A DNA stretch of 36,647 nucleotides, from assembly GCF_001194135.2 (NCBI RefSeq), contig NC_068984.1, positions 100,461,294 through 100,497,940 on the forward strand, given 5' to 3'. This document shows positions 36,078 to 36,647 of the stretch, in pieces. Origin of the DNA: Octopus bimaculoides (Eukaryota). The translations under genes and the position numbers were made by a program. Position 1 is the first letter of the stretch, and the number at the start of each line of letters is the position of its first letter. The notes beneath the pieces were generated by a model that did not search any database, was not told where the DNA came from, and saw only the letters and a list, made by a program, of their open reading frames with translations.

Positions 36078-36114
36078 TGTTTAACGTTTCGAGCAAAGCT
36101 CTTCTTCAGAAACA
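36078..36114 (-). ncRNA. Minimal type I hammerhead ribozyme (PLE/dimer type), predicted cleavage after GUU
   Basis: RC reads UGUUU-CUGAAGA-A-GAGC-UUU-GCUC-GAAAC-GUU-AAACA: 5-bp stem I, intact core, 4-bp stem II, ACGU palindromic stem III. Confidence 0.82.
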
Positions 36115-36326
36115 GGAGACAGAGGAAAGTCCAAGAGAAAAGGAACACGGAGGAAAAAAATCGCCAACTATCCAAATGTAGTTACATTTTGTAATAGCCA
36201 TGTACATATTTTTATACATGATCCAAATAATAGAAAGAAATACTTCAACACATCTTTAATGATCAGTTGCGATTGTTTCTGAATCAACTCTGCTGCAATG
36301 CCAGTTTATACAAAAAATTAAAGTGA

Positions 36327-36377
36327 AAGTTTACATATTTTCGGTTTTAGACATTAGAGTGGAACTTCATCAGACTT
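36327..36377 (-). ncRNA. Degenerate hammerhead-like motif
   Basis: RC reads AAGU-CUGAUGA-AGUU-(16 nt)-AACC-GAAA-AUAU-GUA-A-ACUU; lacks C15.2 and has one extra A before stem I. Confidence 0.5.
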
Positions 36378-36533
36378 GCGTCAAAAGTGCTTTCTTACAT
36401 TATGCGTCTTTTAGACATTGCTTTTTTTTTTGTGTTTATATCGGGAGGAAACAAAAAGTAAATAAAAGTGTGATTAGGGGATGAATAATTAGTATAGAGA
36501 GCATGTGAGAAGAAGAAAAGGATAAAGAGGAAG

Positions 36534-36543
36534 ATGACGATGA

Positions 36544-36600
<57 letters not shown>

Positions 36601-36647
36601 AGAAGAAGAAGAAGAAGAAGAAGAAGAAGAAGAAGAAGGAGGAGGAG
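36534..36647. repeat. (GAT/GAC)n-(GAA)n-(GGA)n trinucleotide tract
   Basis: Direct reading. Confidence 0.95.

Noticed and set aside
1-36647. CRISPR arrays, rRNA, intact tRNA or operon-like prokaryotic systems
   Set aside because: There is no repeat-spacer periodicity or such genes; the sequence is clearly eukaryotic repeat-rich DNA.

Overview
Repeat-dominated, AT-rich animal genomic scaffold. About 6.3 kb (~17%) is N gaps, and much of the rest is TA/CA/TATG/CAT/CAC/TCTA microsatellite. The SINE families resemble those I recall from Octopus, so cephalopod origin is an inference. I could not support any host protein-coding exon; nearly all track ORFs are microsatellite, N-gap or transposon artefacts. 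Recognisable elements: four dead mariner (DD34D) transposases of at least two subfamilies, three RTE-clade LINE fragments, one Penelope-like (PLE) retroelement relic with RT C-terminus and GIY-YIG endonuclease, a hAT MITE with a perfect 8-bp TSD, a TTAA/piggyBac-type MITE, several SINE families and a ~500-bp foldback. The signal not shown by the ORF track is a set of hammerhead-ribozyme (HHR) motifs. Two fold completely by hand (30689-30759 +, inside a 506-bp direct repeat; 36078-36114 -, minimal dimer type). One is near-complete and fused in inverted orientation to the 5' end of the PLE relic (19362-19428). Several more are degenerate or atypical. They belong to several different short repeat families, suggesting a PLE/retrozyme-like ecosystem. 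All folds were done by eye; no searches were run.
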